Shown piece after piece: positions 37,152 through 46,890 of a stretch of DNA of 64,000 bases; the stretch's first letter is position 1; each line of letters opens with the position of its first letter. The stretch comes from an uncultured Pseudomonadales bacterium (GTDB taxonomy: Bacteria; Patescibacteriota; Microgenomatia; UBA1400; PJMF01), in assembly GCA_964406075.1 (NCBI GenBank), contig CAYOQI010000005.1, forward strand, positions 14,021-78,020, given 5' to 3'. A program made the translations under genes and the position numbers. The notes under the pieces were generated by a model that ran no database searches, was not told the origin of the DNA, and saw only the letters and a program-made list of their open reading frames with translations.

Positions 37152-37709
37152 TTACTCGATTGAGGCTTCGATTCGAAAATCAAAACCTGGATTTTTACTA
37201 TCTTTGTTTGAGATATGTTCCACTCTGACTTCAGAGAAATACTGACTCAACTGAACATTCGTAATGAACTGACTTAAAGCTTGAGTCGACTGAGTTCTGC
37301 CGCTAATTTGAACAAGATTATTTTTTATTGTCAAATCGATGTATTCAATATCTCTAGGTGTGACAGTTGTCAGTTGATCAAAAACTTCGTTTATCGGTTG
37401 CTTCGGTTTCAACTGTTGATAGGTGTCAATTTTTTTCTGAATATCTCGAACATTTTGTTCAAGCTCTCCAAACGATTCAATCACTGTTTTCTTTTCAACA
37501 ATTTCCTTATTCAAATCAGTTAATTGTCGATCGAGCTGAAATCGAGAAAGGAAACTCATAATCACAACTATTTCTGTAAAGATCACGATATATCGACCGA
37601 CTGAGAGTGCCCATGTGGTGCTTTTGCCAAGGATACTATCGTAAAACGCATCTTTGGGTAAAAGATTTACTTTCAATTTTGTGGAGGTGGGCAGTTTTTT
37701 TTTCAGCAT
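37152..37709 (-). CDS. pilN: PilN-like type IV pilus assembly protein
   Basis: N-terminal KVNLLPKD (the PilN INLLP-type motif), one TM, a coiled-coil, and a C-terminal alpha/beta region (ISGRTQSTQALSQFITNV). Confidence 0.6.
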   Translation of the reverse strand: MLKKKLPTSTKLKVNLLPKDAFYDSILGKSTTWALSVGRYIVIFTEIVVIMSFLSRFQLDRQLTDLNKEIVEKKTVIESFGELEQNVRDIQKKIDTYQQLKPKQPINEVFDQLTTVTPRDIEYIDLTIKNNLVQISGRTQSTQALSQFITNVQLSQYFSEVRVEHISNKDSKNPGFDFRIEASIE

Positions 37710-37824
37710 TCGACATTTGGCAAAACGTACTTATTTCATTCTACGTGAGTTTTGCATGACAGTGTAGATGATCAAAAAATTGAGATGAATATTTATTCAG
37801 TTTGAAGGAGAAAAAACACAAACT

Positions 37825-39528
37825 TTAAACAGCTGATTCATCACTTTGACCGGCTGTTTCCATAGTTTCAGTAGTGCGCGAAAGGTTTGTTTTCCAAGAA
37901 GTGATGACGGTTGCAACTTTTCGAAGCATATAGAGTTCTTTGACTTCCAGTAAAGTTGCGAATAATAAATATGTCAGCATTCCAATAGTACTGACAATAA
38001 TTGTGAGTCCAATCAGTTCAATAGTACGGGTAGTGTCAAAAATAAGTTCGTCAAAGATCCGAAAAGGAAGGTAGATAAAAACAGCCATTAAGAAACTGGC
38101 AACCAGCATTTTTAATTGAGGTATCCATAACTCAGCCGAGTCGAAACCTCGAACTTCTCTGTTGAGCAAATACAGAAGTAAAAACATTTCGAATACACTT
38201 GATATTGTTAGAGCAAGCGCCAATCCCAGTAAGCCAAATTGAAAATAGAAAACAGATCCAACACTCAGTGCTAAGAAAATAGCGGTTGAAAAAAGGGAAA
38301 CACTGAGAGGATGTTTTGTATTATGAAGCGCATAAAAAGCACGGATTAAAATATGAGTCATGGCTTGAGCTGCAATCGAAATTGTTAAAATTGCTACGAG
38401 TCTGCCGGTAAGCAGAGTGGCAGGCCATGGAAACTCTTTCGCTCCATACGCTAAACGAACAATCGGAATTCTTAAAATGAGTAATAATATCGAAGCGGGC
38501 ATGGCTAAAAAAGAAATTTGATGAAGAGATCGTAAAACTAATGCTTTAAAGTGGCTCAAATCTCCTTCTCCTGATTCTCTCGACAGAAAAGGTAGGGCAG
38601 CTTGACCGATTGGGGCACCAAAGATACGAATGGGAAATGTCATGAGTTGCTGTGCCAGGCTCATGATAGTTAAACTAATTCCACCTAATTGAGTAGCGAA
38701 AAAAACAATCGAAAAAATTTGAATTTGGCCAATTGATAAAGAAAGTGTTCTTGGTCCCATCAGTCGTATTATTTCTTTCACACCAGGATGACTGAGATTA
38801 ATTTTGAAACTATATTGAAAACCGAGTTTTTTAGCTAAAGGAAGCTGTAAGAAAAAATGCAAAAATGATCCTAAAACTACTCCGATGGTTGGTCCGTATA
38901 CACCCAGATATGGACTAAGAAGTAAAGTTCCCAGGATAATACCAAGATTGTATGCAATTGGGGATAAAGCAGGAATAATAAAACGTTGATAGGACTGGAT
39001 AGCACCAGAAAGAAAGTTTGAAATTGCAAAGAAAAATTGAGCGACTAACATTACTCGAGTGAGATTTGCAGACAACATAATTTGAGCTTCAGAGAAACCA
39101 TCTCCAGTCATAAGTCTGGTTAGCGGAACAGCAAAAATGAAAATAAATACAGAAAAAATTGCAAACCCTAGCAGAATTAAATTCAAGACACTTGAAGCCA
39201 TGAGAAAAGCATCTTGTTTAGATTTTTTTTCATACTTAGTAAAAACAGGAATAAACGCAGCAGATAAAGCCCCAATAACGAGCAGCTGAAAAACTAACTC
39301 TGGCAGTCGAAAGGATACCCAGTAGGCTTCGAGTTCCATTTGTAGTTGAGGAGTTTTGAAAAAAGTAGTGACCAACAGGCGATTTCTGACAAGTCCTGTT
39401 AATGAAGAAAGAAAAACTGCCGCGGTGATGATAGCTGCAGCTGAAAGAATACTCACTTGTTGTGTTTCAAGCCATTTATTGCCATTAGAAAAAAGTTGTG
39501 AAATTCGAAGTGTCATACCATTGAGCAT
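37825..39528 (-). CDS. murJ: lipid II flippase MurJ
   Basis: Polytopic protein of about 567 aa. N-terminal SAAAIITAAVFLSSLTGLVRNRLL, and throughout it resembles MurJ/MviN. The start is trimmed to M36 (or M40 at 39516), because the ORF's first 35 codons overlap the rpsT promoter region. Confidence 0.8.
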   Translation of the reverse strand: MLNGMTLRISQLFSNGNKWLETQQVSILSAAAIITAAVFLSSLTGLVRNRLLVTTFFKTPQLQMELEAYWVSFRLPELVFQLLVIGALSAAFIPVFTKYEKKSKQDAFLMASSVLNLILLGFAIFSVFIFIFAVPLTRLMTGDGFSEAQIMLSANLTRVMLVAQFFFAISNFLSGAIQSYQRFIIPALSPIAYNLGIILGTLLLSPYLGVYGPTIGVVLGSFLHFFLQLPLAKKLGFQYSFKINLSHPGVKEIIRLMGPRTLSLSIGQIQIFSIVFFATQLGGISLTIMSLAQQLMTFPIRIFGAPIGQAALPFLSRESGEGDLSHFKALVLRSLHQISFLAMPASILLLILRIPIVRLAYGAKEFPWPATLLTGRLVAILTISIAAQAMTHILIRAFYALHNTKHPLSVSLFSTAIFLALSVGSVFYFQFGLLGLALALTISSVFEMFLLLYLLNREVRGFDSAELWIPQLKMLVASFLMAVFIYLPFRIFDELIFDTTRTIELIGLTIIVSTIGMLTYLLFATLLEVKELYMLRKVATVITSWKTNLSRTTETMETAGQSDESAV

Positions 39529-39598
39529 TATAGAAAGATCGGTGTAGAAAAGGAACGAGCAGGTGTGTGTACTTAATAAGTACAGCATCTTGAGGTGC

Positions 39599-39627
39599 TT
39601 GATCTGGAAAAGGAAAAACTGTACAAT
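39599..39627 (+). promoter_or_regulatory. candidate promoter of rpsT
   Basis: TTGATC - 17 nt - TACAAT with TG immediately upstream of the -10. It is followed by the TGGAGAA Shine-Dalgarno and the ATG at 39660. Confidence 0.4.
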
Positions 39628-39659
39628 CACCACTTAGCTATCTTTTTGATTGGAGAATT

Positions 39660-39905
39660 ATGCCACTTTTACAAAATGCCAAAAAAGCTTTACGAGTAAG
39701 TAAACGAAAAGCAATTGTAAACAAAACTTTACGATCTAAAGTAAAGACCATGACCGACAAAGTAAGAGAAACTGTGTCTGCAGAGAATATGTCTTCAGCG
39801 TTCTCGAGTATTGATAAAGCTGTTAAGAAAAACCTTCTTCACAGAAACAAAGCAGCTCGGATGAAATCTCAGCTTAGTCGTTTATCGAAAGTTGCTTCAA
39901 AGTAA
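39660..39905 (+). CDS. rpsT: 30S ribosomal protein S20
   Basis: MPLLQNAKKALRVSKRKAIVNKTLRSKVKT..., basic and 81 aa, a typical bS20. Confidence 0.9.
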   Translation: MPLLQNAKKALRVSKRKAIVNKTLRSKVKTMTDKVRETVSAENMSSAFSSIDKAVKKNLLHRNKAARMKSQLSRLSKVASK

Positions 39906-39922
39906 GATAGCATTACGAGACT

Positions 39923-41695
39923 GTGAACTCATCTCATATCCGAAACTTTTCTATCATTGCGCATATTGATCACGGTAAGACTACTCTTACTGATCGACTT
40001 CTTCGTCTAACAAATACAGTTTCAGACCGACTTTTTCAGGAAAGAATGATGGATAGTAATCCAATAGAGCGTGAGCGAGGAATCACTATTAAGCTTGCGC
40101 CAGTTCGTTTGAACTATAAAGGATATCAATTAAATTTAATTGATACACCTGGTCATGTAGATTTTGGGTATGAAGTTTCTCGATCCTTAGCTGCTTGTGA
40201 AGGAGCATTATTGGTGGTGGATGCAACTCAAGGTATTCAAGCTCAAACGCTTTCTAATTATGAAAAAGCTAAAGCACTTGGATTGAAGATCATTCCCGTC
40301 ATTAATAAAATTGATCTTCCTGCGGCAGATGCTGATCAGGCGATGCTCGATATTATCGAAACCTTTGGTTTAGATGAAGATAGTATTGTAAAAGTCAGCG
40401 CTAAAACTGGAATTAATATTGATGGTTTATTGGAAAAAATTATTACCCATATTCCAGCACCGACAGGTCTTGAAGAAGATCCGCTTCGAACACTCGTTTT
40501 TACGTCCTTATATCATCCTCATAAAGGGGTGATTGCCTATGTTCGAGTAGTTGAGGGAACTTTAAAAAAAGAAAAGTTAAAATCAATGGGTACGAGTAAT
40601 GATTTTACTCCGATTGAACTCGGGATTTTCTCTCCCCAAATGGTTCCCGTCACTGAGCTAAAAGCTGGTGAAGTCGGATACATTGCAACAGGACTGAAAG
40701 ATGTTCGTCAGCTTCGAGTAGGTGACACTATCACTTCAGCAAGCAACTTTGCTGAGAATCCGTTACCTGGCTACATAGAACCTCAACCGATGGTGTATAT
40801 GGAGTTTTACCCAATGGATGGAGATGACTATGCTCTGCTTACAGATGCGATGGGAAAACTAGCACTGCATGATGCAGCACTTCAATATCAATCCACTCAC
40901 TCTCAAGCCTTAGGAAATGGATTACGAGTTGGTTTCTTAGGAATTCTTCATGCCACTATTGTTCAAGAAAGATTAGAAAATGAATACGATATTGGATTGA
41001 TCGCAACTTCTCCTTCAGTTCGTTACAACATCAACTTGCGTTCAGGAGAAAAACAGGAAATTCATACACCAATCGAATATCCAGATCCGACTATAATTGC
41101 CTCAATTCATGAACCTATTACTCTGTCGACAATTTTTACCCCGAAAGATTACTTAGGTGCAGTCATGCGGTTATGTGAGACTCATCGGGCAAGTCTAGAA
41201 GGAATTGAGGATCACGGTGCTCGTGTCAAAGTGACTTACTTTCTTCCTTTGTCTGAGTTAATTGTGAATTTTCATGATGAGCTGAAGTCAGTTTCTTCTG
41301 GATTTGCAAGTTTGGAATATGAGTTGTTTGATTTTCAAGAAGTTGACGCTGTTAAGCTTGATGTAATGATTCATGGTGAAAAAATTGAAGCACTTTCTCA
41401 AATCGTTGTCCGAAGTCAGGCAGAGCAAATTGGTCGAAAGTTAGTGAAAAAATTAAAAGAAGTCATCCCTCGTCAAAATTTTGAAATAGCGATTCAAGCT
41501 GCCATTGGTGGCAAAATCATTGCTCGAGAATCTTTGAGTGGATATAGAAAAGATGTGACTGCTGGCATGTACGGAGGAGATCAAACTCGAAAAGATAAAT
41601 TGTTACGTAAGCAGAAAAAAGGGAAAGCCAGAATGAAAGAGTTTGGGAAAGTTAGTTTGCCTCAAGAAGCATTTCTGGCTGTTTTGGAGAGATAA
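39923..41695 (+). CDS. lepA: translation elongation factor 4 (LepA)
   Basis: IRNFSIIAHIDHGKTTLTDRLL, DTPGHVDF, NKIDL, and the LepA-specific C-terminus ...KKQKKGKARMKEFGKVSLPQEAF. GTG start. Confidence 0.95.
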   Translation: MNSSHIRNFSIIAHIDHGKTTLTDRLLRLTNTVSDRLFQERMMDSNPIERERGITIKLAPVRLNYKGYQLNLIDTPGHVDFGYEVSRSLAACEGALLVVDATQGIQAQTLSNYEKAKALGLKIIPVINKIDLPAADADQAMLDIIETFGLDEDSIVKVSAKTGINIDGLLEKIITHIPAPTGLEEDPLRTLVFTSLYHPHKGVIAYVRVVEGTLKKEKLKSMGTSNDFTPIELGIFSPQMVPVTELKAGEVGYIATGLKDVRQLRVGDTITSASNFAENPLPGYIEPQPMVYMEFYPMDGDDYALLTDAMGKLALHDAALQYQSTHSQALGNGLRVGFLGILHATIVQERLENEYDIGLIATSPSVRYNINLRSGEKQEIHTPIEYPDPTIIASIHEPITLSTIFTPKDYLGAVMRLCETHRASLEGIEDHGARVKVTYFLPLSELIVNFHDELKSVSSGFASLEYELFDFQEVDAVKLDVMIHGEKIEALSQIVVRSQAEQIGRKLVKKLKEVIPRQNFEIAIQAAIGGKIIARESLSGYRKDVTAGMYGGDQTRKDKLLRKQKKGKARMKEFGKVSLPQEAFLAVLER

Positions 41696-41726
41696 TGTCC
41701 AGAAAGTGATATAATAAATTTCACTC

Positions 41727-42455
41727 ATGCCTGAAATTTTTTCTTCTCAATCAAAGTCACCTACTGGAAGTACTACCGTTGTTTCCAAAGATGAGGTGCA
41801 TCCACCTAAAAAAAATCACTCTGAAGCGAAGCCACATATTGTTCATCATCGAAGTGTTGACGAGTATTCTGAAGTCATGAGACATGAGCATCCAAACGGA
41901 AATCCGTTAGCGGCTTATTCTCCGAAACCTCACAATGCCCATTTCGAATCTCAAGCTGAATCAGAACATGTAGTTCTTCTTTTACGTCGTCACCCTATTA
42001 CCAACTTGTCATGGATTTTTCTTACTGTTCTACTCTTGATTGCTCCGATCATATTGCAGTTTGTTCCATTTATTACTTTCTTTCCATCAATGTATCAAAC
42101 GGTTGTGCTTTTAGGGTGGTACATGATTGTGTTTGCGTATGCTTTGGAGAAGTTCTTAACTTGGTTTTTCAATGTCATGATTATCACTGATGAAAGAATA
42201 GTTGATATTGATTTTGAAAACTTAATTTACAAGCGCGTTTCCTCAGCCAAAATTGATAATATTGAAGATATTACTGGTACCACTGGTGGATTTATTCGCT
42301 CTTTACTAAATTTTGGAACTGTTATTGTTCAGACAGCTGGAGTTGAACAAGAGTTTGATTTTCATGATATTCCTCATCCGGATCGAGTCATAAAGTTGTT
42401 GAATGAATTACTCTTAGAAGAAGAAAGAGAAGTGTTGGAAGGGAGAGTTAATTAA
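41727..42455 (+). CDS. membrane protein with bacterial PH-like (YdbS/YdbT-type) domain
   Basis: Two adjacent TM helices are followed by ITDERIVDIDFENL...KIDNIEDI...GTVIVQTAG, which resembles bPH_2 domains. Tentative. Confidence 0.45.
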   Translation: MPEIFSSQSKSPTGSTTVVSKDEVHPPKKNHSEAKPHIVHHRSVDEYSEVMRHEHPNGNPLAAYSPKPHNAHFESQAESEHVVLLLRRHPITNLSWIFLTVLLLIAPIILQFVPFITFFPSMYQTVVLLGWYMIVFAYALEKFLTWFFNVMIITDERIVDIDFENLIYKRVSSAKIDNIEDITGTTGGFIRSLLNFGTVIVQTAGVEQEFDFHDIPHPDRVIKLLNELLLEEEREVLEGRVN

Positions 42456-42716
42456 ATGTTTAATGCTCAAGGTTTTGACCAGTTTTTGCAAAAGCTTCTT
42501 GATCCAGGTGTCGAGCTTTTCCTTTTCACTTCATTTTTAAAAGTAATGTTTTTACTCGGTTTTGGAATATATATATTATTTGCTGGGATGGTGGTGAAGC
42601 AAATATTTATGATGACTAAAACAATTCAAACACCACTTGCGCCTTTTTTAAAGATATTTGGTTTAGGTTACTTAGTGCTTTCAATTATTGTTTTCTTTTT
42701 TGTCACTCTGATTTAA
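42456..42716 (+). CDS. small two-TM membrane protein, hypothetical
   Basis: 86-aa ORF starting 1 nt after the previous stop. Two hydrophobic helices. Confidence 0.45.
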   Translation: MFNAQGFDQFLQKLLDPGVELFLFTSFLKVMFLLGFGIYILFAGMVVKQIFMMTKTIQTPLAPFLKIFGLGYLVLSIIVFFFVTLI

Positions 42717-42749
42717 TATTTTTGTAGTTCTTTGAGTGTATGAAATCCA

Positions 42750-44510
42750 ATGCAACTTCACTCATTTGCTTTTTCTAATCCATCAGAAAATTCATCTACC
42801 CAAACCTGGGTGAATGAAACTAAAAACGTATTTTTTACTTTTGCGTTGTATGGCGCTTCGGCCAGATCTGATGCTGAAAAGATAGTTTCTATCCTGCAAT
42901 CTCCTTGCGATTCTCCTGAAGAATTCATTGCTCTTTTTAACACTATTCAAGATCTCTCATCTCCTGGAGATGAAATTGTGTCGCTGTGGAGAAAAGATGG
43001 TCAAATTGTAACAGCGGTAAAAAATGGAAAAATTTGGTTAAAACGAGGTAGTAAAGTTGGAGTGTTAATTCAAGGTTTGGAGGAATCCAAGATCATCCAA
43101 GGAAAACTTCAAGATCAAGACCTTTTTGTGCTTCTGAATGCTCAAGCTTCAAAAGAGTTAGATGAGTATTTAAGCGAAGTATTACCTTCAGCTTCAGATC
43201 CAGAATTATTAAATACACTACTAATGAGCCAAGCTCAGGAATTTGAGCAAATAGCAGTGGCAGGTATGATCGTGACTTCATCGTCCGATCAAGAAAACTT
43301 TCCAATTGAACCCCAAAATGAAAAAATTTCTACTAAAGGTCCGGTTATTGGGACAAATATTCTGAAATCACTTTCTTTAAAAGGTGGACTTTTTTGGCGA
43401 AGATTCAGAGAAAAGAACGCAAAGATTTTCCGCTTGGTATTTTTATTAGTAATAATAATTGTTGTCGTGATTGGGATCATTTGGGGAATGAAAAAAATTG
43501 AGTTGCGTAATACACAACAATTTATCTCATCGTTTGAGGTGAAGTTACAACAAATTCAAGAACAGGCGAATTCAGACAAACTTTTGGCGAGAGACCAATC
43601 TCTACAATTGTTAAAGGAATGGGAAGCAGAAAATGAAGCCAAAAATTTTCGAGGAGCTTCAAAGGAATTATCAGACGCTTTCCAACAAAAAATACAAGAA
43701 ACGTATGGCACTCTATCAGGACGAACGGAGTACTCTGTGCTTCCTACTTTCTATGATTTTAGATTGGTCCGTTCTGATTTTATTGCAACATACTCTGATT
43801 TAGATGGGAATCTCGCTCAATTTCTTGATCCTTCAAAAAGTGTACTCATCCAATTAAACCTTGATAACAAGCAACAACTGGTATTGCCAATCGGTGAGTA
43901 TGAGACATTGAAAGATATCAGTTTTACTCAGGAAAAGGTGTATTTGCTTAGTAATGGATTGTTTGAGTTTCAGATCGATTCTAAAAATGATGCAGTTAAA
44001 ATCCTTAATGAAGATGAAGAAAATAAAAACGCAAAATACCTAGGAGCGTTTGAGAATTTTTTATATGTGTTTAATGCGGAGAAAAGAAATATTTTTAGGT
44101 ACAACTTAGATGATACTGAGAACTCAACGACAGCAATTGGCTGGATTCAAGATAAGAAAGATTTGGATTTTGATCAAGTACATTCTATGACAATTGATGG
44201 AAATATTTGGTTAGGAACGAATACTGGTCAGATTTTTCGATATGAACGGGGAACGAAAGTCGAGTTTGTACCCAAAGGTGTAGAAAAGGATTTTTCTTCT
44301 CCAATCAAAATTTTCACCAAGCCAGACTTTACCCATATTTATGTCTTGGAACCTTCTCAAAAACGTGTCGTTGTTCTGTTGAAAGATGGAACATATGTCA
44401 AAGAATTTGTTCACTCTTCTCTTGAGGCCGGTTCAGATATTATTGCTCGAGAAGAAACGAATAGTATCTATGTGGTTTCTGGAAGTCTTTTATATGAAAT
44501 GAAGTACTAA
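42750..44510 (+). CDS. hypothetical bitopic protein (cytoplasmic N-domain, TM, extracytoplasmic repeat/propeller-like C-domain)
   Basis: 586 aa with a central TM (FRLVFLLVIIIVVVIGIIWGM). No catalytic motif recognised. Confidence 0.5.
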   Translation: MQLHSFAFSNPSENSSTQTWVNETKNVFFTFALYGASARSDAEKIVSILQSPCDSPEEFIALFNTIQDLSSPGDEIVSLWRKDGQIVTAVKNGKIWLKRGSKVGVLIQGLEESKIIQGKLQDQDLFVLLNAQASKELDEYLSEVLPSASDPELLNTLLMSQAQEFEQIAVAGMIVTSSSDQENFPIEPQNEKISTKGPVIGTNILKSLSLKGGLFWRRFREKNAKIFRLVFLLVIIIVVVIGIIWGMKKIELRNTQQFISSFEVKLQQIQEQANSDKLLARDQSLQLLKEWEAENEAKNFRGASKELSDAFQQKIQETYGTLSGRTEYSVLPTFYDFRLVRSDFIATYSDLDGNLAQFLDPSKSVLIQLNLDNKQQLVLPIGEYETLKDISFTQEKVYLLSNGLFEFQIDSKNDAVKILNEDEENKNAKYLGAFENFLYVFNAEKRNIFRYNLDDTENSTTAIGWIQDKKDLDFDQVHSMTIDGNIWLGTNTGQIFRYERGTKVEFVPKGVEKDFSSPIKIFTKPDFTHIYVLEPSQKRVVVLLKDGTYVKEFVHSSLEAGSDIIAREETNSIYVVSGSLLYEMKY

Positions 44511-44587
44511 TTTTGAATATATTTCCCAATTTTTGACAACGAAGTTTTGATAGCAGATGATAGGAAGAGTAGTACAATACGGCCATT

Positions 44588-45037
44588 ATGATTTTAGTTG
44601 ATAACAGAAAAGCTAGAGCAGAGTATGAAATACTGGAGCGTTTTCAGGCTGGAGTAGAACTAAATGGAGCTGAAGTTAAAAGTATTCGGTTAAAAAGTGC
44701 TAGTTTGCAAGGTAGCTTTGTGAAAGTTATCGGTCAAGAATTATTTCTCCTGAATGCTCAAGTTACCCCGTACAAGTTTGCCCGTCAGGAAGATATTGAT
44801 TCTAGAAGAACTCGAAGATTGTTGGTTCATCGTCGGGAGTTAATTAAATTGCAGGAAATTACCACTCAAAAAGGAAAAACACTTATTCCGTTGTCATTCG
44901 AATTAGCGCACAATTTAATTAAACTAAACTTCGCAGTTGCACGCGGAAAAAAACAATTTGAAAGAAAAGAAGATATAAAGAAGCGAGATCTGAAACGAGA
45001 ATTAGGACGAGAGATGAAAGGGCAGAGATTTTCATAA
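44588..45037 (+). CDS. smpB: SsrA-binding protein SmpB
   Basis: NRKARAEYEILERFQAGVELNGAEVKSIR ... RTRRLLVHRRE ... a basic C-tail. Confidence 0.95.
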   Translation: MILVDNRKARAEYEILERFQAGVELNGAEVKSIRLKSASLQGSFVKVIGQELFLLNAQVTPYKFARQEDIDSRRTRRLLVHRRELIKLQEITTQKGKTLIPLSFELAHNLIKLNFAVARGKKQFERKEDIKKRDLKRELGREMKGQRFS

Positions 45038-45060
45038 GTACAAGTTAGGAAGGAAATGGT

Positions 45061-45993
45061 ATGTACGATTGTAGTTTCAAAGTTGCTGTCATTGGTTGTG
45101 GACATGTTGGGGTTACGGCTGCATATGCGATGTTGCTGAATGGTTCACCGACAGAATTAGTATTGTATGCACGTGATAGAAAAAAAGCAGAAGGTGAAGC
45201 GCTTGATCTCGAGCATGGTCAAGCTTTTTTAGGTTCAACAAACGTAATTCCTACTGATAATTTTGATGATGTAGCTGGTTCTCAGTTCATCGTTGTGACT
45301 GCTGGAGTTGCACAAAAACCTGGGCAAACTCGATTAGATTTAGTAAAAGAAAACCTCGAAATTTTAGAAAAGACAATTCCTCCATTAGTAGCGGTAGCTC
45401 CAGATGCCACAATTTTAATTGTTGCAAATCCGGTTGATATTTTGACCCATCATGCTGTGAAAATTGGTGGTCGGAAACCAGGCCAAATTTTCGGTTCAGG
45501 AACATTGCTTGATACCGCCCGTTTTCGATTCCACCTAGGAGAAGTGTTAGGTGTTCACCCACGAAGTGTTCATGCATACATACTTGGCGAACATGGTGAT
45601 AGTTCTTTTCCTACCATTGCTGGAGCCACAATTGGAGGACAACCGCTCTTAAGTTTTCCCGGTTGTTCGAAAGAAACGGTTATTGAAGCATATAATCAAA
45701 ACAAGAATGCAGCGTATAAAATTATAGAAGCCAAAGGTGCGACGTATTACGCGATTGGGGTGGTGATTATGAAAGTGATGGAAGCAGTATTTCAAGATTC
45801 ACGTTCGGTCTTACCTGTCTCCATTCCTTTGAATAACTATCATGGAATATCAGATGTATGTTTGAGTGTGCCCTGCATTGTAGGAAGACAAGGCGTCAGT
45901 CATATTTTAGATATTCAACTGTCCGAAGAAGAATTACATTCATTACAAAAGTCAGCTGAAACTGTAAAGCAATTTATTCCAGGAACATTATGA
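45061..45993 (+). CDS. ldh: L-lactate dehydrogenase
   Basis: KVAVIGCGHVGVTAAYA Rossmann fold. The substrate loop TAGVAQKPGQTRLDL has Gln at the LDH/MDH specificity position. ILGEHGDS is also present. Confidence 0.85.
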   Translation: MYDCSFKVAVIGCGHVGVTAAYAMLLNGSPTELVLYARDRKKAEGEALDLEHGQAFLGSTNVIPTDNFDDVAGSQFIVVTAGVAQKPGQTRLDLVKENLEILEKTIPPLVAVAPDATILIVANPVDILTHHAVKIGGRKPGQIFGSGTLLDTARFRFHLGEVLGVHPRSVHAYILGEHGDSSFPTIAGATIGGQPLLSFPGCSKETVIEAYNQNKNAAYKIIEAKGATYYAIGVVIMKVMEAVFQDSRSVLPVSIPLNNYHGISDVCLSVPCIVGRQGVSHILDIQLSEEELHSLQKSAETVKQFIPGTL

Positions 45994-46703
45994 CAACTTC
46001 TCACTTTAGAATTGCGATAGATGGACCAGTCGCCGCTGGAAAAGGAACAATAGCTCGTTTAGTGGCAAGTAAGCTGGGATATTTGTATGTAGATACTGGG
46101 GCAATGTATAGAGCTACCGCGTATGTTGCAACTCAAAAAAAAGTTTCCTTAGAAAATGAAGACGAGGTAGTTCAGATGTTGCAGTCAGTAAAAATTGAGC
46201 TTCGTAACCCAAATGAAATGGAAAAAGATGGACGTTTGACCACAGTATTGCTTGATGGAGAAGACATTTCTTGGAAAATTCGTACAGAGCAAATGAGCCA
46301 AGGCTCGTCGAAAGTTGCCAAATTGGCAAAAGTTCGAGCGGAACTCGTAAAGCACCAGCAAAAAATTGCACTTTCTCAGGATGTAGTCATGGAAGGAAGA
46401 GACATTACTTTTCGAGTGCTTCCGGATGCGGAATTAAAAATTTATTTAACTGCTTCCGATACAGTGAGAGGAAAAAGAAGATACTTAGAACTACAAATCC
46501 GAGGTGAAATTGCAAGCTTTGAGGAAGTTTACAAAGATTTATTGCTCAGAGATGAACAAGATATGCATAGAACCATCGATCCGCTTCATATTGAACCAGA
46601 TGCGTGGGTTATCGACACAAGTGACTTATCAATTGATAAAGTTGTAGATATGATTGTTACGAGAGTTGCTATTATGAAGTCTCATTCAAATAAACAAAAA
46701 TAA
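45990..46703 (+). CDS. cmk: cytidylate kinase
   Basis: IAIDGPVAAGKGTIARLVASKLGYLYVDTGAMYRA. ATGA overlap with ldh. Confidence 0.9.
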   Translation: MTTSHFRIAIDGPVAAGKGTIARLVASKLGYLYVDTGAMYRATAYVATQKKVSLENEDEVVQMLQSVKIELRNPNEMEKDGRLTTVLLDGEDISWKIRTEQMSQGSSKVAKLAKVRAELVKHQQKIALSQDVVMEGRDITFRVLPDAELKIYLTASDTVRGKRRYLELQIRGEIASFEEVYKDLLLRDEQDMHRTIDPLHIEPDAWVIDTSDLSIDKVVDMIVTRVAIMKSHSNKQK

Positions 46704-46704
46704 A

Positions 46705-46890
46705 ATGAAAAATGATTCAGAATTAAATAAAAAAGTTTCAGAATCAGTCACCACTAAAAAAACTACAGAGAGTGGAGAACGTCGTGTATCCACAAAAAAG
46801 AAAGAAGAAGTTGGTCCAGGGAGATATTGGGGAATTGTGATCTTGTTGTTAACCGTTGTGGCTTCACTTTTATTTCGTTTTTTTAGCTAA
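46705..46890 (+). CDS. small tail-anchored membrane protein, hypothetical
   Basis: 61 aa with a Lys-rich N-half and a C-terminal TM (WGIVILLLTVVASLLF). It starts 1 nt after the cmk stop. Confidence 0.4.
   Translation: MKNDSELNKKVSESVTTKKTTESGERRVSTKKKEEVGPGRYWGIVILLLTVVASLLFRFFS

Noticed and set aside
4554-37709. An integrated mobile element or genomic island inserted at the tRNA.
   Set aside because: There is no integrase, transposase or phage gene, and I could not spot a direct repeat of the tRNA 3' end by eye. Only composition and position are suggestive, so it is left as a check inside a finding rather than a call.
44511-45060. A tmRNA (ssrA) gene next to smpB.
   Set aside because: The flanking non-coding gaps are only 77 nt and 23 nt, far too short for a tmRNA of about 350 nt.
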